Below are positions 33,824-42,725 of a DNA stretch of 44,665 nt, piece after piece. The notes under the pieces were generated by a model, which searched no databases, was not told the DNA's origin, and worked only from the letters and a program-made list of their open reading frames with translations. Position 1 is the first letter of the stretch, and each line of letters begins with the position of its first letter. Position numbers and translations under genes: made by a program. Source of the DNA: an uncultured Candidatus Saccharibacteria bacterium (lineage in GTDB: Bacteria; Patescibacteriota; Minisyncoccia; UBA6257; Colwellbacteraceae); the NCBI GenBank assembly GCA_964609135.1, contig CAZSQQ010000001.1, positions 1 to 44,665 of the forward strand, in the 5' to 3' direction.

Positions 33824-34055
33824 CGTAGAGCAATCTCATAAAATAAGCGCCTTTGTTTTTGACATTTTTTCTCCCGGCAACCGATTTCGCGAGCGTTAAG
33901 AGTTTATCCGCCTGGTATTTTTTGGCCAACTTGATATAAAGCGACTTATGCTTTTCGTCGCCCAGTATCTCGGCCAACATCAGGCCGGTCATCTGGTGAG
34001 GCGAGTAGACCTTGGACTTCTTGGCCCTTTCCTTAAGCATTTCAAGATAGTCCAT
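33795..34055 (-). CDS. Small conserved-looking hypothetical protein
   Basis: Apparent leaderless start 9 nt after TATAAT; overlaps the def start; pattern LAE.L.D..H..LYIKLAK. Confidence 0.7.
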   Translation of the reverse strand: MDYLEMLKERAKKSKVYSPHQMTGLMLAEILGDEKHKSLYIKLAKKYQADKLLTLAKSVAGRKNVKNKGAYFMRLLYDGKDFNGSK

Positions 34056-34096
34056 ACTATTGCCATTATATCAGAATTTCATTAAAATTCAGCTTA

Positions 34097-35335
34097 ATGC
34101 GAAAATTTCTGAAAAAATCCGCCCTTATCTCAATAGCCGCCGTTCTATCCTTCTTCGTAGCCGCGGGAGCCGCAGCCGGCGCTTACTACTTCGGTTATCA
34201 AAAAGGATTCAGCCAAACCAAGAATATCCTGATTGGAGGAGTAACAAGCATCGACCAACCCGGAGAGGTGAGGGGCGACTTTAACATTTTTTGGCAGGCT
34301 TGGAATAAATTAAAAGAAAACTATGTTGACGGCAATAAATCCGATAACCAAAAACTCATCTACGGCGCCATTAGGGGGCTCACTAATTCATTGGGCGATC
34401 CCAACACTTCATTTTTCACCCCCGATGAGGCAAAAAAATTCAGTCAGGATGTGGGCGGCAGCTTCGGCGGCATTGGAGCTGAAATCGGGATGGAAAAAGG
34501 ACAGCTGATAGTGATCGCGCCCTTGAAGAACACTCCCGCCGAAAGGGCCGGCCTTTTGCCGAAAGACAAAATCCTGAAGATTAATGATGATTTAACGATC
34601 GATTTAAGCGTTGATGAGGCAGTTCAAAAAATAAGAGGTGAAATTGGCACCAAAGTAACACTTACAATTTTTAGAGACAGTTACGATAAGCCAAAGAAAG
34701 TGGAAATCGTCAGGGACAAGATACAAACTCCAACCTTAGACTGGAGAATGATGGACAAGGGCATACTTCATATCCAGCTTTACGGCTTTAACAACAATTC
34801 TGAAAGGCTTTTTTATAACGCCGTATCGGACGGCATGAATAGGGGAATGAAGGGCGTAATTCTAGATTTGAGAAACGACCCGGGCGGGTTCTTCGACGTG
34901 GCCGTCAATTTAGCCGGCTGGTTTTTGAAGAGAGACGAGGTGATAGTAAAACAGAAATCGGCTGACGGCCAGATCCAGCTTTTTAGAGCCCGAGGCAATG
35001 AGTTGCTTCAAGATACGCCAGTCGTCATTCTCATAAACGGCGGTTCGGCTTCAGCCTCCGAAATCTTAGCCGGAGCCCTGAAAGTCAATCGGGGAATTAA
35101 ACTTGTCGGCGAGAAAAGTTTCGGCAAGGGAACCGTGCAAGACATTGAATCGTTGAGCGACGGCTCCACGCTCAAAATAACCATCGCTCACTGGCTTTTG
35201 CCCGACGGAAAACTGATAGACAAAAACGGCTTGAAACCGGATTATGAAATCAAGCTTACGGAAGAAGATATAAAAGCCGATAGAGACCCGCAACTTGATA
35301 AGGCGGTAGAGGTCATTACGCCTCTCTTAAAATAA
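34097..35335 (+). CDS. Carboxy-terminal processing protease (S41, PDZ)
   Basis: GGIGAEI, PLKNTPAERAG, LDLRNDPGG, GSASASEI and GEKSFGKGTVQ motifs. Confidence 0.95.
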   Translation: MRKFLKKSALISIAAVLSFFVAAGAAAGAYYFGYQKGFSQTKNILIGGVTSIDQPGEVRGDFNIFWQAWNKLKENYVDGNKSDNQKLIYGAIRGLTNSLGDPNTSFFTPDEAKKFSQDVGGSFGGIGAEIGMEKGQLIVIAPLKNTPAERAGLLPKDKILKINDDLTIDLSVDEAVQKIRGEIGTKVTLTIFRDSYDKPKKVEIVRDKIQTPTLDWRMMDKGILHIQLYGFNNNSERLFYNAVSDGMNRGMKGVILDLRNDPGGFFDVAVNLAGWFLKRDEVIVKQKSADGQIQLFRARGNELLQDTPVVILINGGSASASEILAGALKVNRGIKLVGEKSFGKGTVQDIESLSDGSTLKITIAHWLLPDGKLIDKNGLKPDYEIKLTEEDIKADRDPQLDKAVEVITPLLK

Positions 35336-35336
35336 T

Positions 35337-35780
35337 ATGAAGATTGTCTTGCTACAAGACATAAAGAAACTTGGACACAAGTACGACGTTAAAAACGTCG
35401 CCGACGGTTACGCCAGAAATTTTCTGATTCCGAAGGGGTTAGTCAAAATTGCCACCGAAAAAATCCTCAATGAGCTTGAAACCGAGAAAAAGACCTATCA
35501 AGCTCACACCGAAGCGTTGAAAGTCCACGCCAAAGAACTGGAAGATTATTTCAGCTCAAACCCGATTGTTTTCAGTCTTAAGACAGATGTGAAGGGGACT
35601 GCTTTCGGGTCAGTAAAGGCAGGGGATATTGAGGAGAAACTAAAATCTCTGGGCTACGAAGGTAAAATTGAATTGGAAAGACCCTTAAAGATCTTAGGAA
35701 CCACACAAGTTCTATTAGACTTGGGCAGGGGAGTGACAGCCAATATTAAAATCTCAATCCTGAGCTCCCCGAAGGATTGA
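35337..35780 (+). CDS. rplI: 50S ribosomal protein L9
   Basis: MKIVLLQDIKKLG....VKNVADGYARNFLIP and FGSV motifs. Confidence 0.96.
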   Translation: MKIVLLQDIKKLGHKYDVKNVADGYARNFLIPKGLVKIATEKILNELETEKKTYQAHTEALKVHAKELEDYFSSNPIVFSLKTDVKGTAFGSVKAGDIEEKLKSLGYEGKIELERPLKILGTTQVLLDLGRGVTANIKISILSSPKD

Positions 35781-36041
35781 CACGACTTTCACGTATCTTG
35801 GTTTCCCGTCAAAGCGAATTTTTTTTCTGGACAGAAATTTTACGACTCCGGCTTTGCCGGCATATAGTGTGTCGTCGCCCGCGACTTTGACGTTCGCTCC
35901 CGCCAGATACTGACTGCCTCTTTGGCGAATGATAATTTGGCCGGGGTTAACGGTTTGGCCGTCCTGGAGTTTAACTCCCAGCCGCTGGGAGGCCGATTCT
36001 CGGCCTAATTTGGTTGAACTGCCTGATTTGGTATGTGCCAT
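35754..36041 (-). CDS. rpmA: 50S ribosomal protein L27
   Basis: MAHTKSGSSTKLGRES..QRLGVK and IIRQRG motifs; true start at 36041; 3' end overlaps rplI convergently. Confidence 0.96.
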   Translation of the reverse strand: MAHTKSGSSTKLGRESASQRLGVKLQDGQTVNPGQIIIRQRGSQYLAGANVKVAGDDTLYAGKAGVVKFLSRKKIRFDGKPRYVKVVSILRGAQD

Positions 36042-36081
36042 TTTTATATAAAGCGAAGCTTTATCTATAAAAATGAGCACC

Positions 36082-36105
36082 CCGCCGAAGCTTTAGCGCA
36101 GGCGG
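36082..36105. repeat. REP-like palindrome CCGCCGAAGCTTTAGCGCAGGCGG
   Basis: Reverse complement of 809-832 at 23/24 nt. Confidence 0.75.
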
Positions 36106-36155
36106 GGGCCATAACTTCGCTAACTAAAATAACAATGATAGAATAAAGCAAACAT

Positions 36156-36314
36156 ATGGCTTTGTCAACTTGGAAGAAAAAATTAAGTGAACCGGCTGTC
36201 AAAATAGGTATTTTGATCTTCTTAGTGACTTCTTTAGCCTTTGGCTTAGGTTACTTGTCAGCCAAGAACTGGAATCCGGCGCCGATTGTTATAGAGAAAA
36301 ACTCAAGTAATTGA
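36156..36314 (+). CDS. Small membrane protein (52 aa; not in ORF track)
   Basis: MALSTWKKKLSEPAVKIGILIFLVTSLAFGLGYLSAKNWNPAPIVIEKNSSN*. Confidence 0.6.
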   Translation: MALSTWKKKLSEPAVKIGILIFLVTSLAFGLGYLSAKNWNPAPIVIEKNSSN

Positions 36315-36362
36315 CGTTTCCCGGATAAAATTGTATAGTGAATCTCTACGCTGTTCTTCACA
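36311..36362 (+). promoter_or_regulatory. sigma70 promoter plus boxA-like element of cassette 6
   Basis: TTGACG (36311-16), 17-nt spacer, TATAGT (36334-39), GTTCTTCACA (36353-62). Confidence 0.6.
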
Positions 36363-36399
36363 ACCGCGGACGCGCTAAGGCGTCAGAAAGAGACTAAAG

Positions 36400-36846
36400 A
36401 TGACGATTTTCGTGCAAGAAGAAGGGGAGCGTTGGCACGAGTCAGCTCTCGGGGAGGCTCTAGCCATGCTTCTCTCTCAAGATGGAGAAGAAATCACGAT
36501 TGCCATCTCCAACCCCACTTTCTACAGACGCCCCCATGAGCCAGCCATTCTTATTCGAAGGAGTGGCGATCGGCTCGTGACCGAGCTCAGTGCGCCTAGG
36601 GCTGGAGTAATTCCTGTTCCGAACCGGCTGGTCATCTCAACTCCTCATCCTGATCCAGGAGAGCGAGAGTGGGGTCTCCTGCGTTTCACTACCGATCTCC
36701 CAGTCCACAACAGGGAGGACATACAGGAGGCAGAAGCACTCCTCGATGACCTCGGCTTGCCGAGAGGGGAACTGCTAACTGTCCTCAGGGTCGTGAACGA
36801 ACTCCAAGCCCGCCGCGAAGCCAAAGAAGCGGCCGTACCTCGATGA
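36400..36846 (+). CDS. Hypothetical protein, GC-rich cassette 6
   Basis: 148-aa ORF between its own promoter and a UUCG-capped hairpin (36845-36879). Confidence 0.7.
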   Translation: MTIFVQEEGERWHESALGEALAMLLSQDGEEITIAISNPTFYRRPHEPAILIRRSGDRLVTELSAPRAGVIPVPNRLVISTPHPDPGEREWGLLRFTTDLPVHNREDIQEAEALLDDLGLPRGELLTVLRVVNELQARREAKEAAVPR

Positions 36847-36886
36847 CCCCGAGCAGGACTTCGGTCTTGCGCCGGGGTCTTGCTAT

Positions 36887-37654
36887 TTATAAGTAGCCGA
36901 CTTTCTTCAGCCAATAATCGTTTTCCCACTCCCATAGCTTCTTGGCACCCAAGAAGGCGGCATAATCATCCTGCCAGTAGGGCATTTCCTTCAACTCAAC
37001 TTCGCCTCGGAGAGGGGACCATTCGTGATCGCAGTCATCGGCAATCTTCTTCCCGTTCCTATAGGGCAGCTTGATTTTCTCTCTTCCGCCCTTGATTCTC
37101 AAAGTCGCACCGCACTTTAGGCAAACCTGATTCTGATCAATTCTTAAAATCCACCTTGTTTGCAAATTTTTAAACTGGTCCAAGAGTGATGCAAAATAAG
37201 CCGCCGTCTGCAAATCGTAATCGCGGTATATGGCCTGCGAAGTTTTAATATCGAGAACTCCAAATTTCCCGTCAATTAAGGCTAATGAATCGATCGTGCC
37301 GGCGTAGCGCTCCGAAAAATGAACAATTCTTTTCTCAACCCAATCCGGATCAACTTGAACGTTATTTTCTTCCAAGAACTTTTTCAGACCCTCTATGGCC
37401 GGCATAATTGAAGGATCAACTTCAGGTTCTTTTCCAATAAGAACCGCTTCGGCCGCTTCATGAACGGCGGTTCCCTCATCGGCAGACTGCTTTTTTATAG
37501 ATTCCCCTTGGGCAAAATTATCAAGGTCGGCATAATACTTGTAAAGAGCCGGTTTGGCCTTGATGTTCACGATGCTTGTGACCCTGGGGTACCAAACTCC
37601 ATCGATGGTATAGCCGTTAGTGCCTTTAAAATGTTCATCATCGTTGTAATACAT
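36887..37654 (-). CDS. PD-(D/E)xK exonuclease (phage/MGME1-like) with a Zn-finger insertion
   Basis: YPRVTSI, GT.VH, EKR, YAGTID...D.KTS and Q.AAY motifs; CLKC...CDH insertion. Confidence 0.8.
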   Translation of the reverse strand: MYYNDDEHFKGTNGYTIDGVWYPRVTSIVNIKAKPALYKYYADLDNFAQGESIKKQSADEGTAVHEAAEAVLIGKEPEVDPSIMPAIEGLKKFLEENNVQVDPDWVEKRIVHFSERYAGTIDSLALIDGKFGVLDIKTSQAIYRDYDLQTAAYFASLLDQFKNLQTRWILRIDQNQVCLKCGATLRIKGGREKIKLPYRNGKKIADDCDHEWSPLRGEVELKEMPYWQDDYAAFLGAKKLWEWENDYWLKKVGYL

Positions 37655-37715
37655 AAAAAGGGTTTACCTACTAGTATATCTAGTATATGACGTAAAAGGT
37701 ATATTATACGTCAGG

Positions 37716-37862
37716 TTAAAACTTGGACAGCCCTTCCCTGATCAATTTGATAGTGAAGTCCATGATTAGAATCATCAGGTTTCCCAACGCTTTTACGAGC
37801 GGTAACGCAGAATTTGAGAGATTTTTTAGTTGCTCGAGGATTTGAGTGGGGTCTGTGTTCAT
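37716..37862 (-). CDS. Small amphipathic protein (48 aa; not in ORF track)
   Basis: MNTDPTQILEQLKNLSNSALPLVKALGNLMILIMDFTIKLIREGLSKF*, starting 12 nt after the M23 gene stop. Confidence 0.55.
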   Translation of the reverse strand: MNTDPTQILEQLKNLSNSALPLVKALGNLMILIMDFTIKLIREGLSKF

Positions 37863-37874
37863 AAAGACATCATA

Positions 37875-39116
37875 CTACAAATAGCTCTCCGGGTTAAGGG
37901 TCACCCCGATAGGCACAAGTCCGGCGGCGGCCCCTATCACCTGATAGGTCAAGGTACTGCTAAGATAGGTTCCCAAGTGAAGATGGGGGCCGGTGGCGTA
38001 ACCAGTACTGCCGGAATAACCGATAATGTCCCCTCTTTTCACCGTATCGCCCTCCCTGACTAATTGCCTTGAAAGATGCGCGTAGAGGGTGCTTATGTTA
38101 TTCGAATGTTCGATTAAAATATATTTTCCATATTGATATTTTCTCCATGAATTTCTGTCATTATTATCAACTCTCATCACTCGCCCGTCGGCTGCGGCAT
38201 ATACTAAAGTTCCGACTGGCGCTCCGATGTCTAAACCGTTGTGCGGCTTGCCTCGATAGAGATACGACCTCTCACCATAATGCTGTGTAATGCGTCCCGC
38301 TCCGCCAAATTGAGTGAGAAGGACAGGCCAGCTGAAAAATCCGGTGATTCGCGGCGGCACAAATCCGGGCCCCAACTGCCTTCGCAGTTCATCTTCAATC
38401 GCGTCAATCTGGTCGGCAATTAAGTTTTGCTGGTTTACAAGATCCTTTAACTGTTTTTGATAAAGACTTTCCTGATCTTTCGTCTGTTTCAGGAGACTGG
38501 CTTTGTCTTCTTTCTCGTCTGACGCTATGCCTTTGCGGTTCTTCAGATTCCGATTCTCAATCTCAAGTTCTGCTTTTTTTCTCGTAGATTCATCTATGTT
38601 TTCTCCAAGATCCGAACTCAATTTATGAAGCTCCGCGGAATTGACTGTCAGACTCCCCTGCAAGTTGTTTAGTGTCTGAATTTCCAGAAATCCTTCGGCT
38701 AAAGTGGAATTTTTGAGAAAAATCTCGATTATACTCCTATTCTCCTTCTGCTGCAGTTCTCTAAGAACCCGCGCAATAGCTTCTTTAGTAATGTCGATGT
38801 TTTTTTCGGTTTTTGCCTTTTTGCCTTTTAAGGATTCGAGTTCCAGCGTCAATTTCTCAATATTTACTTGGCTCAAGCGGATTCCCAAATTTAACTGGTT
38901 TAAGGCGTAATCCAGTTTTTGAATTTCTTTATTCAAGGTGCGGCTTTGACCGGAGATCAGGTACAGCTTGTCCTGGGTCTGCTCTATCTGGTTTCTAATA
39001 TTGGCCAATTCGTTATTCTTATCTTCAATGGCTTTTTGCAAGTCAACCGGAGTCGCGCCAAGCGCCGGTAGAGACGTAAAAGCCGCCATTATGACTATTA
39101 AAACCAGTTTAAGCAT
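37875..39116 (-). CDS. Coiled-coil M23 metallopeptidase (EnvC/MepM-like)
   Basis: Signal peptide, long coiled coil, HNGLD (HxxxD) and GPHLH (HxH) zinc ligands intact. Confidence 0.92.
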   Translation of the reverse strand: MLKLVLIVIMAAFTSLPALGATPVDLQKAIEDKNNELANIRNQIEQTQDKLYLISGQSRTLNKEIQKLDYALNQLNLGIRLSQVNIEKLTLELESLKGKKAKTEKNIDITKEAIARVLRELQQKENRSIIEIFLKNSTLAEGFLEIQTLNNLQGSLTVNSAELHKLSSDLGENIDESTRKKAELEIENRNLKNRKGIASDEKEDKASLLKQTKDQESLYQKQLKDLVNQQNLIADQIDAIEDELRRQLGPGFVPPRITGFFSWPVLLTQFGGAGRITQHYGERSYLYRGKPHNGLDIGAPVGTLVYAAADGRVMRVDNNDRNSWRKYQYGKYILIEHSNNISTLYAHLSRQLVREGDTVKRGDIIGYSGSTGYATGPHLHLGTYLSSTLTYQVIGAAAGLVPIGVTLNPESYL

Positions 39117-40500
39117 TTTTGGTTTTAAGAATGGCCGTCCTAATCCTTTTCAAAACTTCTTCTTTTCCCAAGGCTTCCATGATTTCAAAAGGTCCCGGCG
39201 AAGCTGTTTTTCCCGATAAAGCAACTCTAAGCGGCCAGAGCATCTCTCCCCTCGTTGGCTGGGTCTCCAGGCTAAATGCCTTTTCCAAAGATTCCCTGTC
39301 GAAATCCTTCAGTTCTCCCACTATACTTGACGCTTTTTCCAGATTGGCGATTACGCTTTCGGAGGTCATTTCTTTAAATGACAATGTTTTAGGATGATAG
39401 TCCGGCAGTTCGAAATAGAAATCCACCAGATCCTTGAGCTCGCTTAGAGTTCTAATTCTTCCCCTCACGGAAGAAATCATCGGCTCGGTCGGTTTCCAGT
39501 TCTTGGGGAGGAAAGGTTTGGACATTTCCATGATTTCTTTGGCTTCCAGCTTGTTCAAGTAATAACCGTTTAGCCAGTTAAGTTTTTCGACATTGAAGAC
39601 GGCTCCGCCCTTCTGGACTCTCTTCAGGTCAAATTCTTTAATGAGTTCGCCAATTGTCATTACTTCCGTGTCATCCTTGGGATGCCAGCCTAAGAACGCG
39701 AGGAAGTTCACTAGAGCCTCTTTCAAATAGCCATTCCCAATATAGTCCTTGAGAGCCGTATCGGAAAATCTCTTGGACATTTTGCTCCTGTCTGGATTCA
39801 GTATTATCGGCAGATGAGCGAATTCCGGTAGTTCAAATCCTAAGGCCTCCGCAACGAGAATCTGCTTAGGAGTGTTTGATAAATGGTCTTCGCCTCGAAT
39901 CACATGAGTGATTTTCGTAAGGGCGTCATCTACCACAACTGCAAAATTGTAGAGGGGTTGTTCGATGTCTTTGGCAATAACCATATCCCCCGCTAACCCC
40001 ATGTCAAAATGGATATTGCCGCGGACAATATCTTTGAAACTTACTTTGGTTTCCGGAACTTTGAATCGAATGACGTGAGACCCGCCTTTGTTTAATTTCT
40101 CCTTTACTTGACTTTCACTGAGCACTCGGCAGCGTCCGGAGTACTTCGGTGCGATGCCTTGAGCGAGTAAAGATTGTCTTTCCGCTTCCAATTCTTCTTC
40201 GGTACAAAAGCAGTAGTAGGCTTTTTTCTCTGCGAGCAGTTTCTTTAAATACTCGGTGTAAATTGGGATCCTTTCACTCTGACGGTAAAGCTCGTCCCAA
40301 TCGAGCCCCAACCACTTCAAACCGGTTAAAATATCCTCCTCGAATTCAGGTTTCGATCTCTCCTTATCGGTGTCTTCAATGCGGACAATAAACTCTCCGC
40401 CGCCCTGTTTGGCGTAAAGCCAATTAAAAAGCGCTACTCGAGCGCTCCCTATATGCATCGGTCCTGTGGGTGATGGCGCAAAGCGCACTCTAGGAGGCAT
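39109..40500 (-). CDS. gltX: Glutamate--tRNA ligase
   Basis: RFAPSPTG.MHIG, LRIEDTD-like FIVRIEDTD, HVIRGEDH and KMSKR motifs. Confidence 0.98.
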   Translation of the reverse strand: MPPRVRFAPSPTGPMHIGSARVALFNWLYAKQGGGEFIVRIEDTDKERSKPEFEEDILTGLKWLGLDWDELYRQSERIPIYTEYLKKLLAEKKAYYCFCTEEELEAERQSLLAQGIAPKYSGRCRVLSESQVKEKLNKGGSHVIRFKVPETKVSFKDIVRGNIHFDMGLAGDMVIAKDIEQPLYNFAVVVDDALTKITHVIRGEDHLSNTPKQILVAEALGFELPEFAHLPIILNPDRSKMSKRFSDTALKDYIGNGYLKEALVNFLAFLGWHPKDDTEVMTIGELIKEFDLKRVQKGGAVFNVEKLNWLNGYYLNKLEAKEIMEMSKPFLPKNWKPTEPMISSVRGRIRTLSELKDLVDFYFELPDYHPKTLSFKEMTSESVIANLEKASSIVGELKDFDRESLEKAFSLETQPTRGEMLWPLRVALSGKTASPGPFEIMEALGKEEVLKRIRTAILKTKNA

Positions 40501-41632
40501 AACCCCCTAATTTTAGGATAATTTTGGCCAAATTTGAAGCTGAATCGGGCTTAGAAAAGGCAATGGCTGCCTGACTCATTTCACTTAATCTATTCTGGTT
40601 TCCCAACAAGCCCTTGAGTTCGTGAAGTAACAATTCGGGCGTGAGGTTCGATTCCTCGATTACTATGGCTGCTCCCGAGGCGGCATAGTCGTAGGCATTG
40701 GCCGCCTGATGGCCGCTCGCAGCTTCCGGAAGCGGAATCAAAATTGAAGGCTTGCCGAAGGCAGCCGTTTCGAAAATCCCTCCTGCGCCGGCTCGGCTTA
40801 AAACAACATCTGCGGCCATAAGGGCGGTTCGAATATCTTTTTCGAAGTAGTCAATCGGACGGTATCTTTTTATTGTTTCTTCGGGGAGCTTACTCAAGAC
40901 AAAATCGACTTCGTTTACAACCGGCTGGTAGTTCTTCTTTCCCGTCTGGTGAAAAATTTGAGTTACGTTAAGAAGATCGGGCAAGTTATCCAAAATAAAT
41001 TCGTTCAAACGCACTGCCCCTTGGGAACCTCCCAGCACCAGCATGAGGGGCAATTCAGGATTAAATTCCAAGAAACCTTTGGCTTTCTTGGGAGTTATGA
41101 CATCTGAAAAAAGATATCGTCGTATGGGGTTACCGACCACAATCACTTCTTTCCCTGGAAAATATTTTGCGGCGCCGCTAAAAGCGACCGTTACAATCTT
41201 AGCAAAGCGGCCGCAGATTAAATTCGTCGTCCCTGGAATGGCATCGGACTCGTGAATGATAACCGGTATTCCATAGAATCTGGCGGCTAAAACCACGGCC
41301 ATCGCGCCCGGGCCCCCTTTCGAGAAAACCGCGTCCGGCATAAACCAAAACAGCCTTGAGAGAGCTTGGAGGAAACCCACAATAAACTTTGGACCATCGA
41401 TGAAATTTTCCAAGGAGAAATAACGCCGCAACTTGCTCTCAACTATCCCCTGCGCTTTGATGTCATTATCCCGAAGCAAGTCGCGGTAGGGGCCGAATGA
41501 TCCGAGATAACGGATCTCGGCATCGATACGCATGGTCGAGGCGAGGATCTGAAGTTCAGAAACAACGGCCACCAGCGGATAAATATGCCCTCCGGTGCCG
41601 CCTCCCGTAACCAAAACTCTAAACTTAGGCAT
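40490..41632 (-). CDS. murG: Undecaprenyl-PP-MurNAc-pentapeptide GlcNAc transferase
   Basis: TGGGTGGHIYP, HESD..PG..N, GNP.R, GGSQGA and SRAGA motifs. Confidence 0.97.
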   Translation of the reverse strand: MPKFRVLVTGGGTGGHIYPLVAVVSELQILASTMRIDAEIRYLGSFGPYRDLLRDNDIKAQGIVESKLRRYFSLENFIDGPKFIVGFLQALSRLFWFMPDAVFSKGGPGAMAVVLAARFYGIPVIIHESDAIPGTTNLICGRFAKIVTVAFSGAAKYFPGKEVIVVGNPIRRYLFSDVITPKKAKGFLEFNPELPLMLVLGGSQGAVRLNEFILDNLPDLLNVTQIFHQTGKKNYQPVVNEVDFVLSKLPEETIKRYRPIDYFEKDIRTALMAADVVLSRAGAGGIFETAAFGKPSILIPLPEAASGHQAANAYDYAASGAAIVIEESNLTPELLLHELKGLLGNQNRLSEMSQAAIAFSKPDSASNLAKIILKLGGYAS

Positions 41633-42719
41633 GCTTGCTTATATTTAGCATAACGCCCGCCATGGTCAAATAAACCGCGAGAGCGGTGCCTCCATAGCTT
41701 ATAAAGGGCAGTGGAACGCCGGTTAGGGGCACGATCCCGGAATTGGAACCTATGTGAATGAATGCCTGAAGCCCGATAACGGTACTGAACCCCACCAGCA
41801 TAAGTTTTCCGAAGCGGTCGGTGGCGTTTTTGGCGAGCAGATAGCCCCGGGCTACCAGCGCAAAGAAAACGGCAATCAAAATCACGGATCCGATAAATCC
41901 GAATTCTTCGGCAATGATGGCAAAAATCGAATCTCCGATCCTCTCCGGCAGGTAATTCTTTGAATGAGACTGTCCATAACCTACCCCGGTCAGTCCCCCC
42001 GATCCTATGGTGATAAGCGCTTGATTGATTTGGTATCCCGCGCCTTGCGCGTCGGCTTGGGGATTTAAGAAAGTTATAAACCTTTGAAACCGATAAGGCG
42101 TGAAAAGCACCAGAGCCGTAAAGCCCAGGGCGATTATTATCCCCAGATAGAAGACGTACCGTTTTTTAGCGCCGCTTACGAAATAAGTTGCCATGGCTGA
42201 AACGAAAACTATGGCGGCGGTACTGGTAGATTTCTGAAAAAGAAATATAAATTCCAAAAAACCAAGAATTGAAATGAAGGGCAGAAAACCTTCAAAGAAA
42301 TTATGAGATCTTATGGAGCCCCTCACGCTCGAGAGCCAGGCAGCCAGATAAATGATAAAAGTAATCTTTAGAATTTCTCCCGGCTGGAAAACTATTGAGC
42401 CGAACTGAAGCCAGCGTTTGGCGCCGCCGGAACTGAATCCCAAGGGAGTGAGCGTAAGAAAAAGCGCCATAAGAGTGATAAAGAGCAAGATTGGCGCCCA
42501 TTTCTTATACCTGTTGTAGGGAATAAAAAAACCCGCCAGGAGTCCCGCTATTCCCAGGGAAAGCCCGTAGAGAACTTGGTGGCGCAAATAATAATAAGTG
42601 TCATTGAATTTAAGTTTACCCAAGTCTGACGAGGCAGATGCCAAGGCGACAATTCCAAAAACGGTGAGCAAAAGAACCGAAACAAGAATTACATAATCAA
42701 TTCTTTCACTCCTAGCCAT
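41625..42719 (-). CDS. ftsW: SEDS peptidoglycan polymerase FtsW
   Basis: GAKRW, QPGE.LK, YQINQALI.IGSGG, LPE...D.IFA and PLTGVPLPFISYGG motifs; adjacent to murG. Confidence 0.93.
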   Translation of the reverse strand: MARSERIDYVILVSVLLLTVFGIVALASASSDLGKLKFNDTYYYLRHQVLYGLSLGIAGLLAGFFIPYNRYKKWAPILLFITLMALFLTLTPLGFSSGGAKRWLQFGSIVFQPGEILKITFIIYLAAWLSSVRGSIRSHNFFEGFLPFISILGFLEFIFLFQKSTSTAAIVFVSAMATYFVSGAKKRYVFYLGIIIALGFTALVLFTPYRFQRFITFLNPQADAQGAGYQINQALITIGSGGLTGVGYGQSHSKNYLPERIGDSIFAIIAEEFGFIGSVILIAVFFALVARGYLLAKNATDRFGKLMLVGFSTVIGLQAFIHIGSNSGIVPLTGVPLPFISYGGTALAVYLTMAGVMLNISKHA

Positions 42720-42725
42720 GACTTG

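Noticed and set aside
36887-37654. Cas4 / CRISPR adaptation gene
   Set aside because: No CRISPR array or cas1/cas2 in the window, and the Cys arrangement does not match the Cas4 four-Cys Fe-S pattern.
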